Source: Callorhinchus milii
Lineage: Eukaryota
Assembly (NCBI RefSeq): GCF_018977255.1
Contig: NW_024704742.1
Location: 39,992,001 to 40,056,000 of the forward strand
DNA length: 64,000 bases
Direction: 5' to 3'
Shown here: positions 12,851 to 26,164 of the stretch, piece by piece
How the letters are laid out: every line of letters begins with the position of its first letter
Numbering within the stretch: position 1 is the stretch's first letter
Translations under genes and position numbers: made by a program
Notes under the pieces: model-generated
What the model saw: only the letters and a program-made list of their open reading frames with translations
The model's database searches: none
What the model was told of the DNA's origin: nothing

Positions 12851-14810
12851 GTCGATCCTAGATGTGGTACCACATGAGGCATCATAAAGTGAAAGGAACC
12901 CAACCCAACAGCACTATCAAAACAAGATAAGAAAGATCCCAAATGACCTCTTACCTCAACATCCTTCAGGACCACTGATTTGTAACATATCTCAATTCCC
13001 CAAAACAAACAATGTCCAAGCACATTAAACCCATATCAACAGACAACCATATGAAAGTGTGAATTTCTACATAAAATGTACAATTCGATCAAAATGTAAA
13101 TCAATGCAAAATTTTGAAAAGACTTTTTTGAAATTTGCGAGGAATAAACTATTATTTCTAAATCCATATTAAATCCTCTGCAAGGCCTACACTTCAGATA
13201 AACATTTGCAACTTCTTGTAAAACACTCTTAAGCATTTTTTCCAGTACGGATGTCACGTTAATTACTCTTATCCGTTGGTTTGCATCATTTCTTTACTGA
13301 ATAGTACACTGCCCAGTAATTTGGATGGGGCTCATTTATGCAGCATGAATTGATATGTAAAAATATTTCCTTAATTGATTCTCTATCGAGTACGAACATT
13401 TTCTCTATATCCCTGCAAAGGAAAAAATAATTTGTAGCTGTAAATATAGGTTTAATCAGCTTTTGGCCAAGGTGTGCCTGAAAGAATTGAATGCATTCCA
13501 AATAATTGACCTTTCCTGAGGGTAGGGGTGTGAGAGAGAAGAGGGTGGACAAATTTCAATCAGCTAAAAACAAACACATTTCCTTTAAATTGAAGTGAGG
13601 GGGAAAAGGGAGTCAATACAATCTTTTGCAAAAGACACTTAATTCTTAGAACTTTGTCAGTACTTACGAACAGCATTTCAGAAAGACTGATGGTTGTTAA
13701 TATGATGAAACCCGTGGTACAATAAAGGTTACAACCAATTTCGAAAAACAGGACATTTCTTTTGAAGCATTTACAGCTGTGAAAAGTGCAGACAAGACCC
13801 AAATGATCACACAATTATCTCCTTGCACTCAATGCTACAGAATCTGTACATCCTTCGCAAATAGTACATATAATAAGTAGACATAAACATGTGATCTCCC
13901 CACATATAAGTTGGTTGTTTGCATTGCTGGACTTAAAGGAACTGCCAGCTTTTACTCTTTGTAATTATGCTTTATCAGGCAACAATCTCACACACCAATC
14001 TGGTTTTGCTCATTTTTGACAAACTATGTGTCACATTAACTACCCCCAGGAAGTAATTCCAAACACAAAATAAACTGTTTATGCCTTTACTCAGATGCCT
14101 ATCATGACAGATTGTTATTAGCAACAAACAGATGAAATAACTCCATTTAATTCTGAGTATATGTTTATTCAAGTACCTTTATGTGCAGTACTGTAAAGTA
14201 CATAACAAGCTTGATTTTTTGTGCAATGCAATAAGCAGTACAAACTGTTGAAATGAGGTACCAAATATTCTGCCAAATAGCTTTTTTAAAAAATGGTATT
14301 AGTAAGCATTTGAGATTTTGGCATCTATAATAATTTTATATAAACATGAATAAAATTAATACAGTTTTTACAAATGTGGTAATATTCTTAACATGTGAAA
14401 ATCGTCTTCCTACAATTCAGACTTTTAAAATTCAAGTTAGATGTCTACTGCTTGATTTTTCTCATTTTCTGTCCTATTCTTTTCAACCTTGGTGGTGTTC
14501 TACACTATGAGCTTTGGCCCTTCACCTATGTCTCTCCATTTTAATTTGAAGTAAACCAGTCCACGGACACCAAATTGGCTGTTAGTTAATATTTCAACAC
14601 GTTGCAAGTATGTTTGCAAACTATTAATAGGGGGCCTGAATAGAGCTCTTATCAGAGACAACAACAAGAACAAAAACTACTTGCATTTATATAGCGCCCT
14701 TTACATGGGGTTGCTTCTCAGAGCAGGTAACCTGAGGCGATGTAACCATGAAGTGAGAAAGAAAAGACAATAATTCAGATGGAGCATTTCATACGGAGCA
14801 TTTTAAGCAT

Positions 14811-14940
14811 AATAATAATTATTCCATTTGATATTGTGTCTTATCACATCTTTGAGATGTCTCAAAGCGCTTCACAGAATATACTGTAAAGTGAATTGAC
14901 TGTATATTTTGTGGGCAAAACACAGCAGCCAATTACACAC
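14811..14940 (-). mobile_element. SINE 3' fragment
   Basis: Tail and Deu-core end of the young SINE family. Confidence 0.8.
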
Positions 14941-15639
14941 TACATCTTGCAAAGGAAGACTAAATTCAGGAGTTACTGCAGCTGCCATCCATCCATGGAT
15001 GACCTAATACACATTTTTAAAAATAGTCAAAAAGCTATCTGGGGGAAACTATGGTTCCCTCAATTTATTTAATAAATTGTGTTTCATTTGAAAATAAAAA
15101 TACTCCTCAGATTTACCTGAAGCATTCTTTAGAAATAAAAATGTTTTTTCAAATTATATGTACAAGTATATCTAAAGTACATTTTTTCTGCTTAGATTTT
15201 ATATTTCATGAACAGCATTTTTAGTTCTTAGTTTCATAAATCACTAATCATGATGAAAATGTATCCAAACACAATATTATTTAGCCTCTTAGTTGTAATT
15301 ATACAGAAGCTTTGTGTGATAAATTCTGATGCAAATTTCCCTTTTAGTTTCTCATTTTCCTCTGGATGATAGTCATTTACTTCTGTTATTTTCCTCAAGA
15401 TCAGTTATTAACTTTTGCTAAAAATTCATAATTAATTGAATCTATCTTATTGCACACTATAGGAAAGATATCAAGGTCTTGGAGAGGGTGCAGAGGAGAT
15501 TTAACAGAATGGTACCAGGGATGATGGACTTTAGTTATGATTTACTTTAGTTATGTGGAGAAACTAGAGAAGCTGGGATTGTTCTTCTTAGAGCAAAGAA
15601 GGTTAAGGAGAAATTCAAGAGGTATTCAAAATTATGATG

Positions 15640-15965
15640 TGGAATCCTGTAGCTTAGTGGTTAGAGCATTTGCCTCGCAAGCGAGAGGACCTGGATTTGA
15701 TTCCCAGGCAGGGCGAAACGCTGGGCATGTTTCTTACCCCACACGCCTCTGTTTACCTAGCAGTAAGTAGGAACCCTGTTGTCAGTCAATTGGGGGAATC
15801 GCTTTTCCGGGGCTAATAATCCCTTCAAAAAAATTAATTAAAAACTGTAACAATAATTTGGTCACTTAATCCTTGACTGTTTGTGGGACACTGTTGTGCG
15901 CAATTGGCTGCTGCGTTTCGCCCACAAATACACAGTCAATTCACATTACAGTATATTCTATGAAT
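15640..15965 (+). mobile_element. Deu-domain SINE, long variant, tail deleted, nested in CR1
   Basis: Head GGAATCCTGTAGCTTAGTGGTTAGAGC; stops at GTATATTCTATGAA. Confidence 0.9.
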
Positions 15966-16240
15966 CACTGGCAGGTGGGTCAGCAACCAGGGGACATAGA
16001 TTCAAGATAATTGGCAAAAGAAACAGAGGGGAGATGAAGATTTTTTTTTACACAGCGAGTTGTTATGAACTAGAATCCACTGCCTGAAAATTTGGTGGTA
16101 ACAGATTCAATAACAACTTTAAAAAAGGAATTGGATAGGTTCTTGAAAAAGAAAAATTTGTAAGGATACGGTGAAAGAGCGGGGAATTGGGACTGATTGG
16201 GTAGCTCTTCCAAAGAGCCAGCACAGGCATGATGGGACGA

Positions 16241-16550
16241 ATAATAATAATAATCCTTTCATTTGATATAGCGCTTTTCACGTCTTTTAGACGTCTCAAA
16301 GTGCTTCACAGAAGACTGTGAAGTGAATTGACTGTATATTTGTGGGCGAAATGTGGCAGCCAATTGCACACAGCAGTGTCCCACAAACAGTAGTGGATTG
16401 AAGTGACCAATTTTATTATTGTTTTTTTTCTTGAGGGCTATTATCGGGCATGTGGAATAAGGAAACTTGCCCAAGGTTTCGCCCTACCAGGAATTGAACC
16501 CAGGTCTCTCGCTTGCCAGGCAAGTGCTCTACCACTGAGTTACAGGACTC
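16241..16550 (-). mobile_element. Deu-domain SINE, full length, nested in the CR1 3' end
   Basis: Complete head, core and (ATT)n tail. Confidence 0.92.
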
Positions 16551-18865
16551 CTCAAAAGTATTGAATGGCCTCCTTCGATGCTGTAATATTCTATGTTTCA
16601 CACATCATATAGGTGTGAGATATTAATTGATCTGAAAATTATTGAAGATTAAATATTGTAGATTGAATGGTAAAAAACATTCAAATGCATTTAATTCAAA
16701 CCTAAAAAATAAATAAGGTATTATATTGGAGAAATATGTGAAATAAATGTATTCCTTAACTTACAAAGCAAAAACTAGACATTTACAAAACATTTAAAAA
16801 ATATGAGATTGTGTTAACAATTTCCTAAATATTACTATTAAACTATTTCTTCCTTCCAATTTCTCACACTTTTAACATCTGTTATCAACCACGACTGTGA
16901 AACATATAAGATGCCAGAGATTTATGGTGGTCCACCTAAAACTTGAATTTGGTCCCAATGAGATACATTTCCACTTTTAACAAAATAATGGAAACTATGT
17001 TTTGAAATACAAAATGTCCTCCGCATAGTTCCAAGATACTACCCCACGTGAAAGGCACTACATAAATGCAAGTTGTTGCAATATTTTGTCAGTTTAAATG
17101 CTAACCTCATCATTTTAAAATTAGATCACTAGGAACACAAGCAAATCTCTTACTCTCTTACTAGACTGCCAGTGATTCAAATAAGCACCCCACGACACAC
17201 ATCTCAAAACAGTTCCGATCTATAAATGACCAACAAAAAACATTTAAGGATCCACCAAGCCACGTCCTATCACCAGCATTTGCCAAAACATTTTGGATGA
17301 CGAAAATAATCTTGTGCAGAACAGTGTTCAGGCAAATGAGCACAAAATGTACCCGACACACTGCCAGTCTATGAGAAGGGTGTATCCAAGTTCCTGCAGG
17401 AATCCTTTAATGGTCCACTGATGGGCAATATTTAGGCTCTTATTGATCCAATCTCTTACTCAAATGCTAGCCTTATTAAATGGAAAACCTTGGCCTGTTC
17501 AAATAGCAACTCTCATTATCCTTTTCAATGTTTAGGCAAAAAAAACAGATGCCATGATGCACAACTAAAATAAGCTTGAAAAAGAAACCATCCAATACAT
17601 ATGCCAACATAATGAGACACACATTAGTAGGACACGTTATGAAGGAAAAATAGTAATGTGTACTGTGTGCACAACACAAGATTAGTGATCAGTGAAATGC
17701 TGCAGTGTAACTATGTAAATTTGTTATACTGCTCACTCCTCACACAGGTGTGAAATGAAATAAATCAACTTGGGTGGAAGTTATTATTTTTTTGTACATC
17801 AATGAAGAAACAATGACTTACTGTTTAAAGAAATGTTTTTAAATATCTGGATATTTTCCACCTCCAGAGAAAAATCAATCCATTTTTACAAGAGGTTTGT
17901 TCAAGAAAATAGAAATAGGCCTGAATTCTGTAACAGGAACCAATTAGTAACGAGTCAAACTATGACACCGTAATTAATTAATTGATTAACACTGAAGAAT
18001 GTATGAAAAAGTACAGACCATTTTGAATAGTAATTTACTCTGTGTTTCAAATTAGTTACAATTGAAAGGACAGCCTGTCATGATGTCTCTAGATAGCGTA
18101 GGCCACCTACAAAGGCATGTTTTCAGGATGCATTGTAGCCATTACAAGCAATCTCTTTCCTCCTCCAAATGTGAGAATCCCTCTAATCACCTTTTCATAT
18201 CCTCATACACCTCAATGGGCAAATATAAAACCATTAGTGGGAAGTAAACTTGTTTGCACAGGATCAAAGATAAGTAGTACATAATGAGTTTGTTGCAGGA
18301 ATTTTCAGCTATCACTTATCTCATCACTGTAAGGATTAGAAACTTGCTCTAGGTTTATATCCTAAGTCTCAATGTCTCCTTTTCAATGCAGAAAAACTAG
18401 TTTTAAGAAAAATAGTACATCACAGCTAATCTTTTTTAAAGTACTGCAATGTTGCAACAGTGATTTGACTGCACGTCCCAGCAGAGAAGTGCATTAGAAA
18501 ATCAACCAAGCACAGTTTTCGCTGGAATGTTCTTCTGAGCATCGATTGGATAAAATATTAAAATTTTGCAAATCGAGACAAAGGAAATTGAGGAGACTAA
18601 TCAGTGAAGAGATTCATGGATTTAAATAGGTCTAAAACTGGACAGAATCCGAACGACACATTGTGTGTGTGTGTGTGTGCATCTTCAACTGTCAGCAATG
18701 ACAACAGTATACTGACCCCCACATTTAACAATCCTCATTGCTGTTCGTGGGACCTTGCTTGTGCAAATGACTGTTTTGTAGTTACCTGTGAAGTGTATTG
18801 AGACATTTGGCATAATGCACTATAAAATGCAATGTGTTTCTTTCTGTATGTCCAGTTCAATATTA

Positions 18866-19402
18866 TAGTAATAAATCCTTGAATTGTAAATACAGCCGTA
18901 TCAAATTGAAACATCTCAAAACACTTCACAAGAGTTTTTTTTNACAAAGTGCAGTAACTGAATTTGTAAGCCAATGATGTCCCACAAACTGCTGTGAAGT
19001 GAATGATTTTTTTTAAATGTAATGATTTTTTGCAATCTTTATATTTGATATGGCACCTTATCATCTTCTAAACGTCTCAAAGCGCTTCACAGAATATACT
19101 GTAAAGTGAATAGACTGTATATTTTGTGGCCGAAATGCAGCAGTCAATTGCACGCAGCAGTGTCCCACAAACAGTCATGGATTGAGTGACCAAATTATTA
19201 TTTATTTATTTTTTNGAAGGGATTATTATCCCCAGAAAAACGATCCATCAATTGACTAACAACCAGGTTCCTACTTAATGCAAAGTCAACACAGGCGTGT
19301 GGAATAAGGAAACTTGCACAACATTTTCCCCCCAGCCTGGGAATCAAATCCAGGTCCTTTCGCTTGCGAAGCGAGCGCTCAAACCACTAAGCTACAGGTC
19401 TC
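18866..19402 (-). mobile_element. Two adjacent SINEs (older partial ~18866-19025; long-variant full length ~19030-19402)
   Basis: Two successive tails and Deu cores; one head at ~19340-19402. Confidence 0.82.
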
Positions 19403-19664
19403 CTGGTGAGGTAGGATGCTGCTCCGAAACTGTGGGCATTATGTGGGCTGGGCAGTGTGGTGGGCTAGGAGAGTTGGGATGGTGCAAATATGGAACAGTC
19501 TGCACTCATTGTGAATTTTTGGCTCATGTAATTTTTCTTAAAAAATTCCATACTTTTTTTTAAAAATCCATAAGAGCAAATTCCAGATACTTAAAGTCCA
19601 GTTCACCAGCGGTTGAGTGTGATTGAAATGTGGCCACAGAAAACATGGAAATGCATCATCAATG

Positions 19665-20000
19665 TAATAATAATATTCCTTGCATTCCCGTCAGAAGGAC
19701 ATCCCAAAGCACTTCACATGATTATTTTATTGTGAAATGGTGTGACTGTGTACTTGTAGACCAACACCGCAGGTACCAAATTTGCATAGCAATGTCCCAC
19801 AAACAGCCATGGAGTTAATTACCTATTTTATTTGGGGTATTGTTAGCCAGGACACTGGGAGAAACTCCCTTCACTTTCCAAATAGTGCCATGGGATCTTT
19901 AACATCCACTTAAGCAGGCAGATGGACTTCATTTTAATGTCTCATCTGAAAGACAACATCTCTGATAATGCCATACACTCCCCGCACTGCATTGGAGTAT
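19665..20000 (-). mobile_element. Old DeuSINE (SacSINE1/AmnSINE-like Deu domain)
   Basis: Reverse complement contains TTCAGATGAGACATTAAA...CATCTGCCTG...GTTAAAGATCCCATGGCACTATTTG...GGAGTTTCTCCCAGTGTCCTGGC. Confidence 0.8.
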
Positions 20001-23000
20001 CAAATTAAGATAAATTAGATAGTAAACAGGTATATTTGACACATGTTGCAATAAACTGCATTCTCAAAATCAACAACTACTTTCTGTTTCTGTCAATTAT
20101 CATGCATACTGAACAATACGCCATTGATTTAATACTGAAGTAGTAAACTTCAGAATATACCATAGATTGGTTGATATTTTACACAATAATTGGAAATAAA
20201 ATGACAATGTTACTTTCTCATGGTGATCCATTGCTATCACTCCAGGAGAGACATTTAGAGTTTAAGCTCCAGAGCAGCACTTGAGTTTAGGCAATATTCA
20301 ACTCAAATGCAGTCAATGAGTATTAATACTCATTGTTATGTATTGGAAATTATGGGCATCACATCAGCCACAATAATGCTCAGTTTCCAATGCATAACGA
20401 GTATTAATACAGTGTATCTCATTTTTCAATGCACCGTTCTTCAAATGAGAAATGTTAACTCATGCCTATCAGTTTATTCTGACATTTCAGGAGGAACTTT
20501 AAAAGATTCTGCTGTATTTTGAAGAAATATAGTTCCTCCCTGTATCCTAGCCAACAGTGCCAGTTAATTCTGAATTTACCAAACCGCGGAGTAATTGTTT
20601 TTATTATCATTTTAAAAATGTTGATCAGGTGCCATATTTGCCTACATGGAAATAGTCACAACTGTTCAAAGGAACCTAATGTATGAAGCTCTTCGAGATA
20701 AGGGAAAATAGCAAATGCAAATATGATTATTCTCACCACTTGTTATTCAACTAATCTCTCAGTCTCTTTGCTGTAAGTGGCCGGAGTGAAAAAGAAAACA
20801 AAGAGAGGTTCTTATTAAGTCTGCTCAAAAGGTTTGCCAAAGACATTTAATTCAAACAAAACAAACAGATGCCTGGTTACAAAAGTTGACACTTTACAGG
20901 CCCACAGTTTTTGAACACTAAAATCGCCAGGAAATTGCAAACCACACGCTTCCACAATTTCAATATTCCTGAATCTTTTAAATAATCAAACAAAAAAATC
21001 AACTGTTCTTAAAAATGGTTCTTAAAATGTTAAAATATTTGTGTTTTATCTGATTGTGCCCATTTATAGCCATATGCAAAAAAAACAGTTTCACTGGGGA
21101 TAGAGCTGATTGAAGAGACAAAGTGTTTATGTGTTAAATATCACCCAAATCTTATCTAGATAAGATCAGAGCCTCCCTATTTACACTATGATCATAGAAC
21201 GACTGCACTAATAAAGTCACAATATTTGCTGAAGTTTTATACAACTTATAGAATGGTGAATTTATTGCCAAATCACAGTACTTTCCTCACGAAAACTGAA
21301 AGCAACTTTGCTGCCTACCACAATTAAAACCGTAACAGTTCAGTAAACTGCAGTAATCTGCAAATATATTAAAAATACCAATGGTTTTAAAGTGTGTTAA
21401 CTTTTAAGGTTTCAAAAACACATATTTGAGTCTCAACTGTGATAATATCACATATTATGATGTTTATGATAAGATTACTCACAATTATCTCATACTATTA
21501 GGCTTCAGACTATGGTCTTAAAATAGCAGAATCTTGGAAAATATTCACGAATTCAGTGTTAATTTAGACTAGAGAATGACTTGCTCAGCACATAAAAAAT
21601 AACTGGAAAATCGGCTTCCAAATTAAATTGAACTTCAAGATGGTTTTCAAAATTCAATACGATTGGAAATTTTTAAAACTTAAAAAACACAAAGGAACAG
21701 TTAAGGAACACGAAAATTTAGATCCCAAAAGCATACTGCACTTCATCAGAACCTTAATTTTAAATTTGTGCCTCATGTTTCTGCTAAACACCTTTTTGTT
21801 CTTTACAATTATAAGTTGTAACTTGGCAGCAAAAAAAACATCATGAACTGTTTGTTGCATTGTGATAAATCTCTACACAGATGGGAACTTTCCATTTTAG
21901 AAAATTTGCACAATGAATGAAAATAAACAGAAGTTCTAATGTATGTGAAAGCAATGTTTAATTGAGCTGCATTAATTAATATTACGCAATAAATCTGTTT
22001 TCACCTTGTAAAAGAAATTGTTGCAGCTCCCTGAAAGCCAAATCCAACAGCATCCGGCATCCAATTTTTCAATGGTGCTAACTCCAACATGTCAACAAAC
22101 ACAACTGCAGGACCATGGCATTTATACATACTAGAAATGCCAGCTTGTATTGAGGGCAATGTGGAAGGAGCTGGGGAGATCCATTTTTACTCCCCAGAGA
22201 AAGAGAGTGAAAGGGCCTCTTATATAGTCTAAAAAATCTGGATTTTCTTTAAATGGATTTAAAAGGCTGTAATGAGTTAGGTCTATATTTCTCCCATTTT
22301 GAAACACAGTTCAGTCAATCCACTAGAAAAATAAAATATGCATGTGTTGGCCAATAATAAGCCAACCATGTATTTATTGCAGCTATTAGCACACTTGAGG
22401 CATTGTGGTATAAGATTACGCAGAAGATAAACTTCCCTTATAAATACTTAAACCACATAGCTTGAACAATTCTGACTATAAAGGCTATTTGGAACTGAAA
22501 TGACTTTGCAGTTTGGAATACATACAGCAGGCAGAACAAACATGTCTTGATTACACATCCTGTAGTTCCTAGATTTGACATTTTCTTACAGATATTAACC
22601 AGTCTATACTTTGTTTTTAAGGCACCGCTGCAGGAGAAGTAAAAATAGCTGGTGCTTATTCGCAGATCACCTTCACATTTATTTTAAGCTCTGAAGACTC
22701 ACATATGTATTCCAAATTGTCAGTGATACACAGTAGATACAATGGGGATGATCCCAAAATGCTGCAATTCCCTGGAGTCAGTGGAATCAACCAGTTTGAA
22801 ACAATTTTTCACCATTCATTGTTTCTGATGTTTCAGCCTACTCAAAGAGATAAATATTGTACATCGACCAATTTCAACAATATTGACTCCACTGCATGAT
22901 TAATACAATAAAATGGAGGATATATCATTGTTTCTGTAAATCGAAAAACGTATAAAAAGCCTTTGAATTCTTGAGAATGATCAAAAGGTAAGGCTTATTC

Positions 23001-23014
23001 ATTAAGTTCCTTTT

Positions 23015-23470
23015 TCAACAACTTGCATCTTTCCAGCAAGCAGAATGTCTCAAAGGCTTTACAAAGACTGAGTGGGAGACCGATCTGGGATTGAATAGGG
23101 AGAGGTGGCCAAAAAGTATGGTCAAAGAGATAAGCCTTTAGACAGGCTTTGAAAGCGGGGAGTGGGGGCGGGGAGGGGGGAGATGGTGGGCGGGAGAAAT
23201 ATTAGAAGAATGGTGTAGAAAGTGGTAGCAAACTGACTAAAGGTTGAGGTAGAGGGCATGAAGCAGGCCAGAACTGGGGTAACAAAGAGAGTGGCTTGGG
23301 ATCTCTGACAGTCCAGCGCCGTGGGACGTCCCCCGATGTGAAAGGCACTATACAAATGTAATTTTGTTGTTGTTGTCAGAAGTAGGTTGGGCAAGTTCAT
23401 GGAGTCATTTGAAGGCAAGAATGAGGATCTTGAAGTAAATCCACTGGCAGACAGTGGAGCCCAATGATTC
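23015..23470. mobile_element. Cluster of decayed L2 fragments and tails
   Basis: L2 tail GGGACGTCCCCCGATGTGAAAGGCACTATACAAATG(TTG)n on + at ~23310-23376, inside a minus-strand purine-rich L2 remnant. Confidence 0.65.
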
Positions 23471-23567
23471 ACGTACCCAGTGGACACAGCTTGCCGTTAA
23501 GAACATTGTCTGGCAAGCTTCCTGCCCCTTGTCCAGCTCATATGACTACCCATCGGGGCTTTGACTT

Positions 23568-23945
23568 AACAACAAAATTACATTTATATAGTATCTTTCA
23601 CATCGGAAGGATATCCTAAGGCGTTGGACAGTTAAGGGCTTTCACCCAAGCTGGGTTTGGAATCAAGAGGGGTGGAGGGTACCGGGTGTGGGGTGGGAGA
23701 GTGTCCAAAAGCACGGTCAAAGAGTAAAGTGTTGAGACAGGTCTTGAAGGAGGCAAGGCGGAGGGATTCCAGGATGGGGTTCTAGAGGTTTGGGGCAGAA
23801 AACCTGAAGGCCGGACCGCCAATGGTGGGGCAGGGGACATGAAGTGCCCACCAAGTGGAGGGAGCAGACAGGTTGGTATGGTGTTAATAGGTCGCAGAGA
23901 TGGGGAGGAGCATGGCCTTGGAGAAATTTAAAAGTGAACATATGG
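23568..23945 (-). mobile_element. L2 LINE 3' fragment
   Basis: FKFLQGHAPPHLCDLLTPYQPVCSL remnant plus tail. Confidence 0.85.
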
Positions 23946-25871
23946 GTTTATAAGTCAGAGTTAAACATTGAAAAAAATTTGGCTCACAGACAAAAAGGAG
24001 TCTGCATTACTTAAACTCAAAATAACATGTTGAATTTAATTTTTTTTTGAGCATTTTATATTTTCAAACATTCAGTCCTAGAGGTAGGCAAGATGTAACT
24101 CGTATGATATTTCAGTTATGAAAATATTTTACAAAGAACATTTATCCTAGTTTTGCATAACTCTGCATCAGATAAACTAACCCTGTGCTTTGTTACACAG
24201 TGAACAGCTGAGAATTTAATAAAATGCAGCTTTAATAAATATCAAATATCACCACTACAATATAATATTTCTTTGAACACATCCCATAAAGATACATAAG
24301 CTTTGCAAAAATATCACAGCTGATGTAATGAGTTTCAAAATGCAGCAGATGGTGCTACATTGGTTATGGTTTGATCAGCTATGTTGCATGAAAGGCACAA
24401 CTCTCTGAGCATAATTTTTTTTAAAACTTACTTTTATTAACTGCTTGTTCAATGGGCTGGCTAATCTTTTGGAAACTGCTGTGGCTCCTTTTTTGTCCAT
24501 CTGTAATCCAGCTATGGATACCAGACAGACAGGCACTACAGCCTATCTTGGGTTAGTTGTAGATGGTGTATATACCACATCAATATTAAGAAATGCAAGG
24601 GCTATTAGCAATACTATTATGTAATAATCCTTGCATTGCTATAGTGCCTTTCACGTCAGGACAACAAATTGCATTCATTTAGCGCTTTTCATGTCAATAG
24701 ACGTTAAAGTACAAAAACAGTTATTTCTTACCATTTCAGCAGTATGCCAATGTGAACAGCATCATGAACAAATTATGTAATTATGTTGTTAGCAAACCAA
24801 TAACAACTTACTTTTAAATAGCATTTGTAAACAAAATGTCAAAGTACTTTTCAGAATGAGACAAATTGGAAATGAAGTGAATAACAATAACTCCTATTTA
24901 TATGGTGTCTTTCACATATGATTACGCAACCTGCAAAGGTATTGGCAGACCCACATTTCACAAAATGTTTTTTGGCCTATTACTGAATAAGAGAAATACC
25001 ATAGTTTTCAAATAGAATTCTGAATAGTATATTTAATGCTATATATTTTCCCCATTGTGCTCTAATGAATAGGTAAATAAGTAAACTATTAGCAGGCCTT
25101 AACTTATTTACAAATTAATTGGATCACATATACAGATAAACTATTCTTTCACTGTCTGTGAGTGTGTGACATTCTGAAACCAAAATTGAAGGTGTATGTT
25201 TTACAGTTATAGGATGTATTTCACTGCAGCAAATGTTCAAAAAGTGAATAGATGATAGTGTGCAATTTGGATATTCGTCTCAGTTTGTGTGATGGGAATA
25301 AAAAAATATTGTTGCAGTATGCATCAGGTGAAGAAAATTTTATAAATTACCATCTCATCCTAAAAGGTAATATTATTCTTTTGGAAGAAACATAGCTTAT
25401 TTTAACTGCAATACAATTCTTTTGTTAAATGGAAGTCATAACACAAGTGTGAAACCAAATTGTGAATTTGTGAAGTGCACAGAGGTCAATCTGAAAGGAA
25501 GATGGGTTTACATTTTCAATGGTAAACCTTTACCAGAACTTAAACATTAGTTGTAAAGAGCATTTGTGTTGTTTTATACAATTAATAAATCTTTAAATAT
25601 TCATCCACAAAGGCCACAGCTCCACATAAAATTCTACATGTATTCCAATGCTGCTCACAAATAAACATGCAAGTATGTTCATCGTTCTAATTTGAAAACG
25701 TACATCCCATCAGTATGGCATATGGCAAACAAAGCATGTGAGAGTAATTCTTTGCCCCAAACTGGCCAAGGCATTTGTAACCTATTTCTGGAGGCCAACG
25801 TAATTCCTTAACCATGTATTCATTTATCTCAACCTTTTGTTTGGTCAGCCTCTTTTTTTGGTTTATTTATC

Positions 25872-25940
25872 TCAGCCTTTTTTTTGGTCTGACACACGTG
25901 GAAACTCATCAACATGCTTAAGAGTATCCAAACCAAATTG
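25872..25940 (+). repeat. Short unclassified dispersed repeat (also at ~39050-39147 and ~57765-57865)
   Basis: GTCTGACACAC.TGGAAA..CATCA.CATG.TTAAGA.TATCCAAAC shared by three loci. Confidence 0.7.
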
Positions 25941-26164
25941 AGATCTTCTACTCTTTTCAAATACAAAAAATGGAGCACTACTCTCAAGCTTTCCATTGAA
26001 AGAAAATACTACATATCCTTTGGAGAGAGAAAAAGTAATAATCTCTGCATTTTGATACAACACCTATAAAGTAAAGAATATCTAAAAGCACTTCTTCACA
26101 GTTTTTGGAAAATATATTGAATATATACAAAAAGTACATAACTAATAATATTATAAGCAACCTC

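Larger units (their letters stand above)
15447..16600 (+). mobile_element. CR1 LINE 3' fragment interrupted by two SINEs
   Basis: RKDIKVLERVQRRFNRMVPGM, LEKLGLFFLEQRRLR, TRGHRFKI remnants; 3' end GAATGGCCTCCTTC resumes at 16563. Confidence 0.88.
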
